DNA of 64,000 nt from Candidatus Cloacimonadales bacterium (GCA_963662585.1 OY759729.1:2464001-2528000), one strand, 5' to 3'. Numbered from the stretch's first letter, positions 10,227 through 20,833 are shown. The notes: a model not told the origin generated them from the sequence alone. Program-made: numbers and translations.

Positions 10227-10319
10227 TCAGATTATTATTTCTTCCAGATTGCCTACAATATCAGCTGTTAGAGATAGACAAAAACTAGCTAGTAGAAAGA
10301 ATATTATTTTTTTAATCAT
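10227..10319 (-). pseudogene. 30-codon signal-peptide-like remnant, possible relic of a third paralog
   Basis: MIKKIIFFLLASFCLSLTADIVGNLEEIII* loosely parallels MNKYILLLVMLLIFLPLFSVEVGGHITENTVW; the TGA sits near the paralogs' Trp position. Confidence 0.4.
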
Positions 10320-10869
10320 AATTTCTAGGATATTATCCTTATACGGGTTAATGTGGTGAATTCAGCTAGTATAACTCTAATTATAGATATCTAAAAAAAA
10401 AGAGAATTACTGATAATCTATTCTATGTATCCTCTTCTAATAAAGAGCCTAGCCTTGTTTCAAACTTCTTAACCCTGATAATCATGTTTGATTAGGTATA
10501 AATTATAAACTCAAAATTAGTAAAAGAACTAACATCTTTTATGTCAAGTTTTTTTTGACATTAATATTAGTTACACTTATTGAGCAATCTTAAAAATTAC
10601 AGTAGTGACTATTTTTTAGTTTATTTGAAGCGTCTCCACTTACCTATAGGGTCTATTTTTTAAAAATATCTAGGGTATATTTACATCTTGTTCTTTTATC
10701 TTCTCAACATCAGCTTTATCATCTTGTCAAATGTTACTTTTATTTACATCATAATGACTAAGTTTTTCCTTTAATTATTAATTCTTAGCTTTCCTAAAAA
10801 ATTTCCTTGCTATAAAATTTGCTTACTATTTTTTGGTAATTAGAAAAATATATATCTAAGGAGTTAATT

Positions 10870-11871
10870 ATGGCTTTTAATTTAAGAAACAGACATTTCC
10901 TCACATTACTTGATTTCACTCCAAAAGAAATCAATTTCTTTTTAGACCTTGCTAGAGATTTGAAGAGAGCTAAATACACTGGTACAGAACAACAAACACT
11001 TAAAGGTAAGAACATCGCTCTTATCTTTGAAAAAAGTTCAACTAGAACTCGTTGTGCTTTCGAAGTTGCAGCTTTCGATCAAGGTGCTCATGTAACTTAT
11101 TTAGGACCTTCAGGTTCTCAAATTGGACATAAAGAATCAATGGCTGATACTGCTCGCGTTTTAGGTAGAATGTATGACGGTATTGAATATAGAGGCTACG
11201 GACAAGCTGTTGTTGAAGAATTAGCTGAATATGCTGGTGTTCCTGTATGGAATGGTCTTACAACAGAATATCACCCAACTCAAATCCTTGCAGACTTACT
11301 TACTATCCAAGAACATATCACAAAACCACTTAATGAAGTTGTTTTCACTTATGTTGGAGATGGTAGAAATAATATGGGTAATTCTCTCATGATTGGTGCT
11401 GCTAAAATGGGTATGGATTTCAGAATTGTTGCTCCAAAATCTCTTTTCCCAACTGAAGAATTAGTTGCAAAATGTAATGAAATAGCTAAAGAAACAGGTG
11501 CTAAAATTACTCTTACTGAAGATATCGCTACTGGTGTGAAAGATGCTGATGCTATTTACACTGATGTTTGGGTATCAATGGGTGAAGCTGCTGAAGTCTG
11601 GGAACAAAGAATTAACCTTCTTAAACCATACCAAGTTAACAAAGCTATGATGGATATGACAGGTAAAAAAGAGACTATCTTTATGCACTGTTTACCAGCT
11701 TTCCATGACTTAAAAACCACTGTTGGTAAAGAAGTTTATGAAAAATATGGTATTGATTCTCAAGAAGTTTCTGATGAAGTTTTTGAATCTGAAAACTCTG
11801 TTGTATTCGATGAAGCAGAAAACAGAATGCACACTATTAAAGCTGTGATGGTTGCTACTTTAGGCAACTAA
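10870..11871 (+). CDS. argF: Ornithine carbamoyltransferase
   Basis: [24 protein letters not shown] and ENRMH motifs; RBS AAGGAG. Confidence 0.97.
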   Translation: MAFNLRNRHFLTLLDFTPKEINFFLDLARDLKRAKYTGTEQQTLKGKNIALIFEKSSTRTRCAFEVAAFDQGAHVTYLGPSGSQIGHKESMADTARVLGRMYDGIEYRGYGQAVVEELAEYAGVPVWNGLTTEYHPTQILADLLTIQEHITKPLNEVVFTYVGDGRNNMGNSLMIGAAKMGMDFRIVAPKSLFPTEELVAKCNEIAKETGAKITLTEDIATGVKDADAIYTDVWVSMGEAAEVWEQRINLLKPYQVNKAMMDMTGKKETIFMHCLPAFHDLKTTVGKEVYEKYGIDSQEVSDEVFESENSVVFDEAENRMHTIKAVMVATLGN

Positions 11872-11895
11872 TCTGATTTAATAAGAATAATATTT

Positions 11896-11929
11896 AAGGG
11901 TCATGACTTGTTCATGACCCTTTCTTTTT
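11896..11929 (+). terminator. Intrinsic terminator after argF
   Basis: AAGGGTCATGA-cttgt-TCATGACCCTT followed by a T-rich tail. Confidence 0.85.
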
Positions 11930-12120
11930 GTCACTACTATTCTTGCTTTTATTTTGGGTCAAGGTCAAGTCTGCTGAAAATTATAAAGTACTATGAGGGA
12001 CCTTATTACTGCATTATTTGGGATTATATTCTTAACTAAACTGTTTCTTTATACATTCATCACTCCACCAGACTTGAATTTGTGCATCAATATACCAGCG
12101 AATGTTTCGTAAGGGGTAAT

Positions 12121-12147
12121 AAGAAAGCCTCGCATTTAGCGAGGCTT
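12121..12147 (-). terminator. Likely terminator of the S8 protease gene
   Basis: AAGCCTCGC-attta-GCGAGGCTT hairpin. Confidence 0.65.
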
Positions 12148-12165
12148 ATATATTTTTATTTAGGG

Positions 12166-12241
12166 AGATGCCTGCAAGGATGCAAGCCTTCCCAGTTAAG
12201 ATGCCTTCAAGATGAAGGCGCTCCCAGTGGGTGCTCCCAGT
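12166..12241. repeat. Cluster of REP-like hairpins ending in CCCAGT (two full units, one partial)
   Basis: AGATGCCTGCAAGGATGCAAGCCTTCCCAGT, AGATGCCTTCAAGATGAAGGCGCTCCCAGT and GGGTGCTCCCAGT. Confidence 0.75.
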
Positions 12242-12244
12242 TTT

Positions 12245-15200
12245 TTATTTCATCAGAATCATTTTCTTAGTTGAAGTATATTTTCCAGATTTCATTCTGT
12301 AGAAGAATACACCTGAAGCAACGCTCTTACCATTATTGTCAGTACCATTCCAAACAACAGTGTGAGGACCAGCTACCATGTTTTCATTAAGAAGAGCTTT
12401 CACTTTTTGACCTTTGATATTGAAGATATCAATAGATACAGGACCGTTTTCTTTAGTTGAAAAAGCGATTCTAGTTTCAGGGTTGAATGGGTTAGGATAG
12501 TTTCCTATTAAGTTATTATTAACAACAACAACATCTAAATCGTCGTTTGGAGTTGAAGCTTCAAACATATTACCAGTTCTACCAGGATTTCCTCTATGCA
12601 TAATCCAAGGTGAATAAGCAGGACGCTTAAGGTCTAACAAATTCATATTAGTCACATTAGAAACAACTAAGTTTAAATTTCCGTTTCCATCAGCATCACC
12701 AATAGCTGGAGCAAATTTCAAGTTATCGTTAAGGTTTAATGGGAAGTTACTTGCTTCACTAGCATCAGCTTTGATTGCATGTAATAATCCATTAGCATCA
12801 CCAAAGACAGCACAGATTCCATCACCATCAAGGTTTGAAAGAAGCATGTTACCTTCAAGGAAAGAGTTCATGTTCAATGGGAAGTTAGGAATATTTTCAC
12901 CAGCAGTAGTCATTGCATAGAGGTAGCCATCATAAGTGGTGAACATTAATTCTTTAGAACCATTTCCATCGAAATCATAAAGTAATACATCTTGTTTGAT
13001 TATTTTATTAAGAGTGTGAGTAAAAGCAGTTGTTCCATCGTGATTGATAGCTTTAATAATACCTTGAGCAGAAACTGTAGCTATTATTTCAGGAAGTCCA
13101 TCATTATCGACATCAGCAATAATTGGGGCTGCTTCGGTGTTGGTTCCAAGTGAGTATGGGAAACCAGCGATATTTTCTTGAGTATTATAATCAATTGCTA
13201 AGAAGTTTCCTGCAATAGTCTGTAAGATAATTTCTTTAGTTCCATTTTGATCAAGGTCAGCGATAGCAGCATTGAAAACAAAGTTTCCAGGGAATTCAGC
13301 AGGATATCCTGCATGTTCGCTACCATCAGCATTAAAGATATGAAGTTTACCATTCATGGTACAAACAACAGCATCTTGAATACCATCACCGTTAACATCT
13401 GCAATCATAGGAGCTGCTCTAGTAATTTGGTTATCTAATGCGATAGGTCCAAAGAGTATAGAACCATCATTGTTGTAAGCAATTGCTTCTTTATTATTAG
13501 TAACAACAAAGAGATTAAGGTTACCATCATTATTTAAGTCACCTGCAGCAACAGGAAGAGCAATAGTAGCACCTGCATTTACAGGGAAACCAGCAAGTTG
13601 TTCTTTATTGCTATTTAAAACATTAACATTACCTGTAAGGTCGCCAAAAACAACTTCGCCAGCACCATCACCATTGATATCAAGAATCATTGGAGTAGAT
13701 TGAGCTTGTCCAGTTAATGGGAAAGGCCATTCAGGGTAAGTTAAACTTAAAGTAATAGGGAATGAAATTTCCTTAAAGTAAGGAATTTGTTGATCTTGAT
13801 TAGATTCAACGAAGATAGTAAATTCAATAGGTGAAGTTGTAATGTCTGAAGTTGTGGTAAAAGAGAATGGAGCGTCATCATTCCAAACGAAAGTACCAGC
13901 AATAATATTGCCAACAGTAGCTGTTGAATCAACAATTACAACACCCGGATAATCACATCTAAGTGTAATATTAGTATTAGTTGAATTGGCCCATGAGATA
14001 CCTGTAGATAAATCTTGGTGGTTAGTTAATTTAACTTTTAAACTAATTGTTTCACCAGGATTAGGAACGCCATCATTATCACCTTCAATTTCAGTTAACT
14101 CTTGATCAACCACAGTAATTTTAGGAACTAAATCGTATAAAACTGCTGTATAAGCATTAATTCTTCCTGCTCCTAATAAACCTTCATAACCAGCATTAAT
14201 ATCATCAATATAGTCTGCTGTAGCTTCAATTCTTTGTCTAAGAGTAGTAGGTGTTAATTCAGGGTGAACAGCTTTAACTAAAGCAGCGATACCTGCAACC
14301 ACAGGAGAGGCCATTGAAGTACCTTGAGCACTACCCCAACCGTCATTATCGATAATAGAAGAGTAGATGCCTACACCAGGAGCGCTGATGTCGATAGGCT
14401 CACCATAGTCAGAGAAATCAGCTTTAGTGTCGTTTTGAGCTGTCGCTGCAACACAGAAAGCATTAGGACAGTCAGCAGGAGCATCGATATATCCATTACC
14501 ATGAATTTGATTTGCATTACCCGCAGCAACAACAACAAAAGAGCCGTAGTTGTGAGCATAATTAATATAGGTATTAGCATAATTTAAGTTATATGCTTCG
14601 CCACCCCATGAGGCGTTAATGATGTCCGCACCCATATCAGCAGCATAAGTAATTTGTTGGTAGCCTGCAGAGATTCCGTTTGAGTCTGAGCTATTAGAAG
14701 CACCTTTACAGTTAAGAAGTCTTGCATTGAAAGCAGGACCAACAGTACCGATACCGTTATCACCTTCAGCACTTGCACAACCGGCAACATGAGTTCCGTG
14801 ATAGTTATTAACCCAGTTTTGCATAGGATTGTTATCATTACTAAAGAAATCCCAACCCATTAAGTCATCGGTTTTTCCATTATAATCATCATCTGAACCG
14901 TTACCTGTAAAAGTTCCGTTATCCCAATTAATATTAGCACCGACAGCCTCTTCAGGATTAATCCAGATGTTTTCTTTTAGGTCAGGATGGTTCCATTTAA
15001 TTCCGGAGTCAGTGATAGCAACAAGAATGTCTGAAGTATCTCTAACAAAATCCCAAACTTGATCAGTCTCTGTTTTGGTGATATACCATAATTGATTGTA
15101 TAGTTCATCATTAGGAGTATATTTTAAATAGTTTATAGTTACGAAATCAGCCCATAAAACATTTTCGTCTTTTCTGATTGTATCAAGAGCTTGTTCAATT

Positions 15201-15523
15201 CTCTTGTTATCTTTAATAGTAATTTTATAAAGACATTGGATATAAGTGCCGTTATCATTCCATTCTTTGTGTTTTAAATCTGGGTTATCTTGTTTAATTT
15301 CTGTCACTTGATAATCTTTAGCAAATTTGTTAAATGATTCCATGTGAGTTTCTACAATGCCATTTTCGTAAGTAACAGGAATAATCCCATCAATGTTACC
15401 AATTGAATCCATCTTGAAACTTACCATAATATTATTATCTTCAAAAACATCTTTGACGAATTTGTCAGCAGTTAAAGATAAAAAAGCGGCAAGAATCGTA
15501 ACTAAAATAATCACTTTCTTCAT
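12245..15523 (-). CDS. Secreted S8 (subtilisin-like) serine peptidase with FG-GAP/VCBS repeats and FlgD-Ig/T9SS-type CTD
   Basis: Catalytic triad motifs AITDSG, HGTHVAG and GTSMASP; repeated AD(V/L)(N/D)xDG; CTD NYPNPFNPET...KKMILMK. Confidence 0.93.
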   Translation of the reverse strand: MKKVIILVTILAAFLSLTADKFVKDVFEDNNIMVSFKMDSIGNIDGIIPVTYENGIVETHMESFNKFAKDYQVTEIKQDNPDLKHKEWNDNGTYIQCLYKITIKDNKRIEQALDTIRKDENVLWADFVTINYLKYTPNDELYNQLWYITKTETDQVWDFVRDTSDILVAITDSGIKWNHPDLKENIWINPEEAVGANINWDNGTFTGNGSDDDYNGKTDDLMGWDFFSNDNNPMQNWVNNYHGTHVAGCASAEGDNGIGTVGPAFNARLLNCKGASNSSDSNGISAGYQQITYAADMGADIINASWGGEAYNLNYANTYINYAHNYGSFVVVAAGNANQIHGNGYIDAPADCPNAFCVAATAQNDTKADFSDYGEPIDISAPGVGIYSSIIDNDGWGSAQGTSMASPVVAGIAALVKAVHPELTPTTLRQRIEATADYIDDINAGYEGLLGAGRINAYTAVLYDLVPKITVVDQELTEIEGDNDGVPNPGETISLKVKLTNHQDLSTGISWANSTNTNITLRCDYPGVVIVDSTATVGNIIAGTFVWNDDAPFSFTTTSDITTSPIEFTIFVESNQDQQIPYFKEISFPITLSLTYPEWPFPLTGQAQSTPMILDINGDGAGEVVFGDLTGNVNVLNSNKEQLAGFPVNAGATIALPVAAGDLNNDGNLNLFVVTNNKEAIAYNNDGSILFGPIALDNQITRAAPMIADVNGDGIQDAVVCTMNGKLHIFNADGSEHAGYPAEFPGNFVFNAAIADLDQNGTKEIILQTIAGNFLAIDYNTQENIAGFPYSLGTNTEAAPIIADVDNDGLPEIIATVSAQGIIKAINHDGTTAFTHTLNKIIKQDVLLYDFDGNGSKELMFTTYDGYLYAMTTAGENIPNFPLNMNSFLEGNMLLSNLDGDGICAVFGDANGLLHAIKADASEASNFPLNLNDNLKFAPAIGDADGNGNLNLVVSNVTNMNLLDLKRPAYSPWIMHRGNPGRTGNMFEASTPNDDLDVVVVNNNLIGNYPNPFNPETRIAFSTKENGPVSIDIFNIKGQKVKALLNENMVAGPHTVVWNGTDNNGKSVASGVFFYRMKSGKYTSTKKMILMK

Positions 15524-16203
15524 ATTTTCTCCTATATGTAAATTATAAACACTATAAATTTTCCATTTTATCTATTCAAAAAAAATAGCTATCTGATGTC
15601 AAGGATAAATCTTATATTCTCATATATTAAAATATGCGATTAATGAGCACTAAAGATATTAAAATATATAAAGAAGAGAATTGTTATGCTTATTTGCGAT
15701 TGTTTATTGCTCAAATGCATAGAAAAAAGAGGAGAAGTAAATTCTTCTCTAAATGCTATATTACATAACTTTATAAGTTATTCTCTTTTCACAAACTCTT
15801 GATTAGAATTCTTGAGAAATTTTGCTACTCTTTCAAGCAAAGTTGGTCTTAAAAAAAAAGTAATAAAAGTATCCTTGAAGTATGCTAGCTCCAAAGGAGC
15901 GAAATCTTTGTAGATAAAAGATGCCACACAATTACCTTATCTTCATTAATTTAGAATTCATCCAAATCCTGCCAATTTTTTATGTTATTCAAAAATTAAT
16001 AAGAGCTTTGATAGGTAACAAATTTTTATGCTTGAGCAAGGAAAATATCTTTCAAATAGACCTTGTAAGGGATAAAATATCTAAATATTTTGCTCTAGTA
16101 TTTTAACTTTATAAAGTAAAATTGCTTGAATAATCTTTTTTATTGACATAACACGGGGATAAATATGCTTTACATAATACCAGTTTGTAGGAGTTAACAT
16201 AAA

Positions 16204-16914
16204 ATGAGTATTAAAGATAATTTTAATTCCGTTAAAGGAAAAATAGAAGATATATGTATAAAAAAGGGAATTAGCCCTGATGAAGTTAAATTAGTAACAG
16301 TAACTAAAACACACTCAGTTGAGAAGATAGATGAAGCATTGAGTGCTGGCTCAAAATATATTGGTGAGAATAAAATTCAAGAATCCCAGGCAAAACTTCC
16401 ATTACTGCAAGGGAGATATGAAGAGTTTCATTTTATTGGACATCTTCAAAGTAACAAGATTAAACAGTTAATGAAATTGAATCCAACTTTGATTCATTCA
16501 ATAGATAAACTTTCTACTGCTGAGAAATTATCAGATTATTGTGTTAAAGAGAATCTACAACAAGATATTCTTATTCAAGTTAATACTACAGAAGAAGATA
16601 GTAAATCAGGTACTGGAGAGGATGAAGCAGTTGAATTAGTTGTACAAGTTGCAAAGTTACCTAATATCAAGATTAAAGGTTTAATGACTATTGGTTTATT
16701 TGATGATAATCCTGAAGTTACCAGACCATATTTCCGTAATTTAAAAAGAATTTTTGATTATATAAAATCTCTCAATATTGATAGTGTTGAAATGCAATAT
16801 CTATCCATGGGAATGACTCATGATTATGAAATTGCTATCGAAGAAGGAGCAAATATTGTTCGAATCGGTAGTGCAATTTTTGGGGCAAGAGATTATACAA
16901 AAGAGGTTAAATAA
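16204..16914 (+). CDS. yggS: PLP homeostasis protein, YggS/PLPBP family
   Basis: VTVTK, GENKIQE, HFIGHLQSNK, GLMTIG, LSMGMTHD and VRIGSAIFG motifs. Confidence 0.96.
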   Translation: MSIKDNFNSVKGKIEDICIKKGISPDEVKLVTVTKTHSVEKIDEALSAGSKYIGENKIQESQAKLPLLQGRYEEFHFIGHLQSNKIKQLMKLNPTLIHSIDKLSTAEKLSDYCVKENLQQDILIQVNTTEEDSKSGTGEDEAVELVVQVAKLPNIKIKGLMTIGLFDDNPEVTRPYFRNLKRIFDYIKSLNIDSVEMQYLSMGMTHDYEIAIEEGANIVRIGSAIFGARDYTKEVK

Positions 16915-17537
16915 TGATTATTTTAGAAAGTTTAATGATACCAATATCAATATCTATATTGGCTTATATCTGCGGTCTTTTTTCGACTGCCAGGGTCTTA
17001 GCCAAAACATTTAAATATCTAAATATTACTAAAGTAGGTTCAGGTCATGCTGACACCAAGAATATCTATTCCAATGTGAGTAAGGCAATGGGCGTTATCG
17101 TTGGGATTATCGATATAGGCAAGATTTATTTGTTCTTATATCTAGTTAAATATCTGTTAATTAATGTCTTAAAACACCCTGAATTAGCTACTGATAATCT
17201 TCTTTTTATTTATGGATTCTTTTTAATTTTAGGACATTGCTTCCCTTTCTATAATAAGTTTAAAGGGGGAAGAGGTATTTTTACTTTCGCTGGGTATTTA
17301 GGTTTTTTTGCTCCCATAACCATGTTAATAGTTGGTACAATATCTGCTGTTATAGCCTTAGGATTCGGACAATATCGTGCTTCTAAATATTTTACTGTTG
17401 GTGCTCCTGTTATTGCCTCTTTGATAATTTCTACAATTACTCAAGTAACTCCAGGCTTAACAACCAAGATTTTTATTGCTTCTATCTTGATGGTAATAGT
17501 TAATTTTATTGTTTCTAGAAAACGGGATGAACTCTAA
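16914..17537 (+). CDS. PlsY-family (glycerol-3-phosphate acyltransferase-like) membrane protein, divergent
   Basis: GSG motif, DIGK and GHCFPFYNKFKGGRG; multiple TM helices; lacks the usual C-terminal HxxNI. Confidence 0.75.
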   Translation: MIILESLMIPISISILAYICGLFSTARVLAKTFKYLNITKVGSGHADTKNIYSNVSKAMGVIVGIIDIGKIYLFLYLVKYLLINVLKHPELATDNLLFIYGFFLILGHCFPFYNKFKGGRGIFTFAGYLGFFAPITMLIVGTISAVIALGFGQYRASKYFTVGAPVIASLIISTITQVTPGLTTKIFIASILMVIVNFIVSRKRDEL

Positions 17538-18550
17538 TGAATAGAAATCATAAACTAATGATAAGTATAATCTTAGTTTTTATAGTAGCTACTTTATCTG
17601 CCTATCCAAGTATTGACTATGATTGGCAATTACCTGCCCGAAATGTCTCTCCAATAGGTATTGCTTTTGGAGGTGTTAATCAAGTTTACGCAGAAGATTT
17701 TGGTGTTGCTAATGAAAATCCAGCCCTTCTAGCCTTGAGAACAGGAACTTATTTCTCTGGAACTTTTAGAAGTAATCGTATGAATGATAAGAATTTAAGT
17801 AGCGTCTTGAATCCTAGTTATTTACTTAGTGAAAAGCAGTTTACTTATTTTACTATCTCCATGCCAAAATTTGCCCTAGCCTATCAACCTATAGTTAATA
17901 AGAACGAGAAATTTGATAGTAATCAGATGGTTACCTACGAAGATTTATATCTGAATTCTTATATTTTATCTTTCGCAGCTCAAGATGAAGATTTTACAAG
18001 ACTAACTTTAGGATTTAATCTCAAGTTTATTGATGGTCGTCAGGTCTATCAAAAGCATCTAAAAGAGTATAATCAACTTGTCTTAGCAGAATTTGTTGAT
18101 GGAAGTGTAGCTGGCTATTCATCTGATATTGGAATAACTTATAGCTACAATACTATGTTGGTTGGTTTAACCCTTAAAGATCTTGTTTCCAGACTCTATT
18201 GGAGCGATAGAAATAATGATCATTTGAGGCAAAGATTTTCTCTTGGAGCAGGATACTTTAATGATAATTCTACTTTCCAGTTAGCGACTCAAGGTAGATT
18301 TAATAAAGCTGATGAACAGACCTATCATGTGGGTTATGGCTATTCCTTGAATTTCGGAAATGCTACTAGTCAGTCTTTAGGTTTAAAATTAGGAATGTTT
18401 AGTGACAGATTCGATGAAATGGATAATATTAATTACACTATGGGCTTTGGTTATACGATAAGCATGTTCAGAATTGATATTTCTGTAATCTCTGCTGGTT
18501 TCACTTTAAACGATTCTGATTATCTTTTCTCAGTTACAGTAGGTAAGTAG
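17537..18550 (+). CDS. Putative outer-membrane barrel, PorV/FadL-like
   Basis: Signal peptide; N-terminal GIAFGG...ENPALLA resembles PorV/FadL N-termini; DIGITY and FRIDIS strands. Confidence 0.55.
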   Translation: MNRNHKLMISIILVFIVATLSAYPSIDYDWQLPARNVSPIGIAFGGVNQVYAEDFGVANENPALLALRTGTYFSGTFRSNRMNDKNLSSVLNPSYLLSEKQFTYFTISMPKFALAYQPIVNKNEKFDSNQMVTYEDLYLNSYILSFAAQDEDFTRLTLGFNLKFIDGRQVYQKHLKEYNQLVLAEFVDGSVAGYSSDIGITYSYNTMLVGLTLKDLVSRLYWSDRNNDHLRQRFSLGAGYFNDNSTFQLATQGRFNKADEQTYHVGYGYSLNFGNATSQSLGLKLGMFSDRFDEMDNINYTMGFGYTISMFRIDISVISAGFTLNDSDYLFSVTVGK

Positions 18551-20455
18551 GTGTTTTCTCTTTCATTTCTTAACTCTGGATTACTTATAGCTTCTTTAAG
18601 TGCTATCATACCTATCTTGATTTATTTCTTTGCCAAGAAGAGACCTGATAGAGTAATTTTTAGTTCTTTAAAATTCATTGTTACTAGTAAAGATGAGAAG
18701 AATAGTAAGATTAATTTAAAAAATATTCTTTTACTTATTATTAGAACATTAATTATTCTGCTTTTAACTCTGATTTTTGCTCGCCCTATATTTAAGACTT
18801 TTTTAGGAATTGATAGTAACTATCACGCCCCCACAACTATTTCGATTGTGGCTGATAATTCTTTAAGTATGGATTACTACTCTAAAGATACCCAACGCTT
18901 AGAACTACTCAAAAGTGAGCTTAAATTCATAAATTCTAAGCTTACCGCTAATGATTTTATAAGAATTTATACCAAGGATAATTTTGTCACTTCTCAGAAA
19001 TTCATGCAAGGAGCTATCGCGGATTCACTTATTCGCAATATCCCTCTTTCCTATAACTCAGTTTCAATAGACTCGCTAGTAGCCAAGGCAATCCAAAACA
19101 GTAAGGATATTGAGACTGCTAATCACGAGTTATATGTTTTTACTGATGGTAATGAAGCTCTAAACTTCCAAGATTCTCTCCGCACTATTAAATATATTTT
19201 AGTTGATGAAAATCATGATTGGAATAATCTAACTGCTCTGATAAATTCTGCCCAAATTGTTAGTAATAATAATATTAAGCAAATGAGCATAGATTTTGTA
19301 ATACAAAATTACGGGGAAGATATTGTCAAAGATCGATTAGTTAGATTAAATTATAATGATCGCAGTTATGATAAATTTATCACTATTGAAGCTAATAAAA
19401 GCTGGCAAGGTAACTTTACTATTCCTATTGAAAAAAGCGGTTGGCAGAAGGGTTTTATTGAAGTCCAAGATGAATATTACGCCCAAGATAATCGGGCATA
19501 TTTTAGTTTTTTCTTTAATCTTCAGCCAAATATTACAATTATTACAGAAGAGAATAATGTATCTTTACCTCTTAGAACAATGGCTAATATCTTTGCTGGA
19601 AATACTGAGAATGTTAAGTTTATTCCACAAAATCATGTTAATAATCAGTTAATAGAATCTACAGATATTTTTGTCTTGTATAAACTTGAGAGTTTTGCTT
19701 CTAATATTGAGTCTCTACTTGCTAAGCTATATTCAGAAGGAAAGGGTGCCTTAATTGTCTTAAGTCCTAACTCTGATTCATCAGTTAAAAATTATGTGAA
19801 GCAAGAGTATAAGATTGAGTTAAACTCAGGCATAAGCAAGAATCTTTATCCTGATTGGTATAATCAATATTATGGACTTTTTAGCGGTATTGCAACTAAG
19901 CAATTGACAGAGATTCAATTTAATGATTTAATTAAAGCAGAAATCAAGACTAAGAATAATACTTTACTTGCTTCAGGAAATCAACCTATTATTGCTCACT
20001 TAAATGAACTTTATCTCTTCTTCTTCAATGATAATAATGATTTGGTCACTAATACAACTTATCCAGTTCTCATGAATAAAATCTTTGAAAACCTAAGTAA
20101 TAGTAATTTAGAGATATCAACCAACTATTTGGGAAATTCTCTTGAGCTTAGTAGAGACGCAGAAGTTAATGACAAGAAATCACTTAGTAATAGATTCGTC
20201 TTTAATGAATTAGGAATTTTTAAAATCAGAAATCGGGCTGATAGAATTAGCTATGAATCTGTTAACTTAGATGAAAAACAACTTAATGAGAGTATCAAAA
20301 GCACTGCTGAAGTTAGTAAATCTTATCAAAATATCACTGAAAACTGGGAATCACACCTATTTGCTGAAAGTGGTAGATTCGAACTTCTTAAATATCTCTT
20401 AATTGCAGTTTTAGTCCTTTTTCTTGCAGAATTAATTATTGTTAAATCAAAGTAA
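18551..20455 (+). CDS. BatA-domain (N-terminal double-TM) protein with vWA-like domain
   Basis: FLN...PILI..F...FSSLKF...LLLIIRTL...FARP; DNSLSM and VFTDG; C-terminal TM; GTG start abutting the previous stop. Confidence 0.8.
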   Translation: MFSLSFLNSGLLIASLSAIIPILIYFFAKKRPDRVIFSSLKFIVTSKDEKNSKINLKNILLLIIRTLIILLLTLIFARPIFKTFLGIDSNYHAPTTISIVADNSLSMDYYSKDTQRLELLKSELKFINSKLTANDFIRIYTKDNFVTSQKFMQGAIADSLIRNIPLSYNSVSIDSLVAKAIQNSKDIETANHELYVFTDGNEALNFQDSLRTIKYILVDENHDWNNLTALINSAQIVSNNNIKQMSIDFVIQNYGEDIVKDRLVRLNYNDRSYDKFITIEANKSWQGNFTIPIEKSGWQKGFIEVQDEYYAQDNRAYFSFFFNLQPNITIITEENNVSLPLRTMANIFAGNTENVKFIPQNHVNNQLIESTDIFVLYKLESFASNIESLLAKLYSEGKGALIVLSPNSDSSVKNYVKQEYKIELNSGISKNLYPDWYNQYYGLFSGIATKQLTEIQFNDLIKAEIKTKNNTLLASGNQPIIAHLNELYLFFFNDNNDLVTNTTYPVLMNKIFENLSNSNLEISTNYLGNSLELSRDAEVNDKKSLSNRFVFNELGIFKIRNRADRISYESVNLDEKQLNESIKSTAEVSKSYQNITENWESHLFAESGRFELLKYLLIAVLVLFLAELIIVKSK

Positions 20456-20804
20456 GAGTGTCTTAAGAACTAAGGATAGAAAAGACCTTGCACACGAATT
20501 ATCGCGAATATAGGGGCCTATTGATATAGTCCTTCTTGAATTTTCACTTGTCTTCTCATAAGCTAGGCCAAGCCAGGCGAATTAAGAAATTGTCCTAACA
20601 AAGGTGTTTTCGTCAATGGAAGTGTAAACTGCTAACCTCTTGTTAATATCTTTTTATCCATTTTTCCTTTTATTCGATAGCATTTTCCATCGATTAGGAT
20701 AAATTCTTCCCCCTCAATAAATCCTCCTCCTCTCCTCTTTCTCACTCATTTTGAATATAATTCGAATAATGCTTGAGCTAAGTAAGAAGGAGCATGGAAA
20801 GAAC

Positions 20805-20833
20805 AAAGGGCAATCACCTTGGATTGCCCAAAA
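20805..20833 (-). terminator. Hairpin between convergent genes, probable glgP terminator
   Basis: GGGCAATC-accttg-GATTGCCC. Confidence 0.55.

Noticed and set aside
11966..12077. 9-bp inverted repeat TCAAGTCTG...CAGACTTGA as MITE ends
   Set aside because: It is short and single-copy, with no target-site duplication, and is compatible with chance.
12082..12270. 62-aa ORF with an internal RCLQ repeat
   Set aside because: It reads through the terminator and the REP-like cluster.
20456..20760. Possible ncRNA or gene relic between the BatA gene and glgP (a minus frame reads DINKRLAVYTSIDENTFVRTIS*FAWLGLAYEK)
   Set aside because: No recognisable family, start signal or RNA motif, so it cannot be supported without a search.
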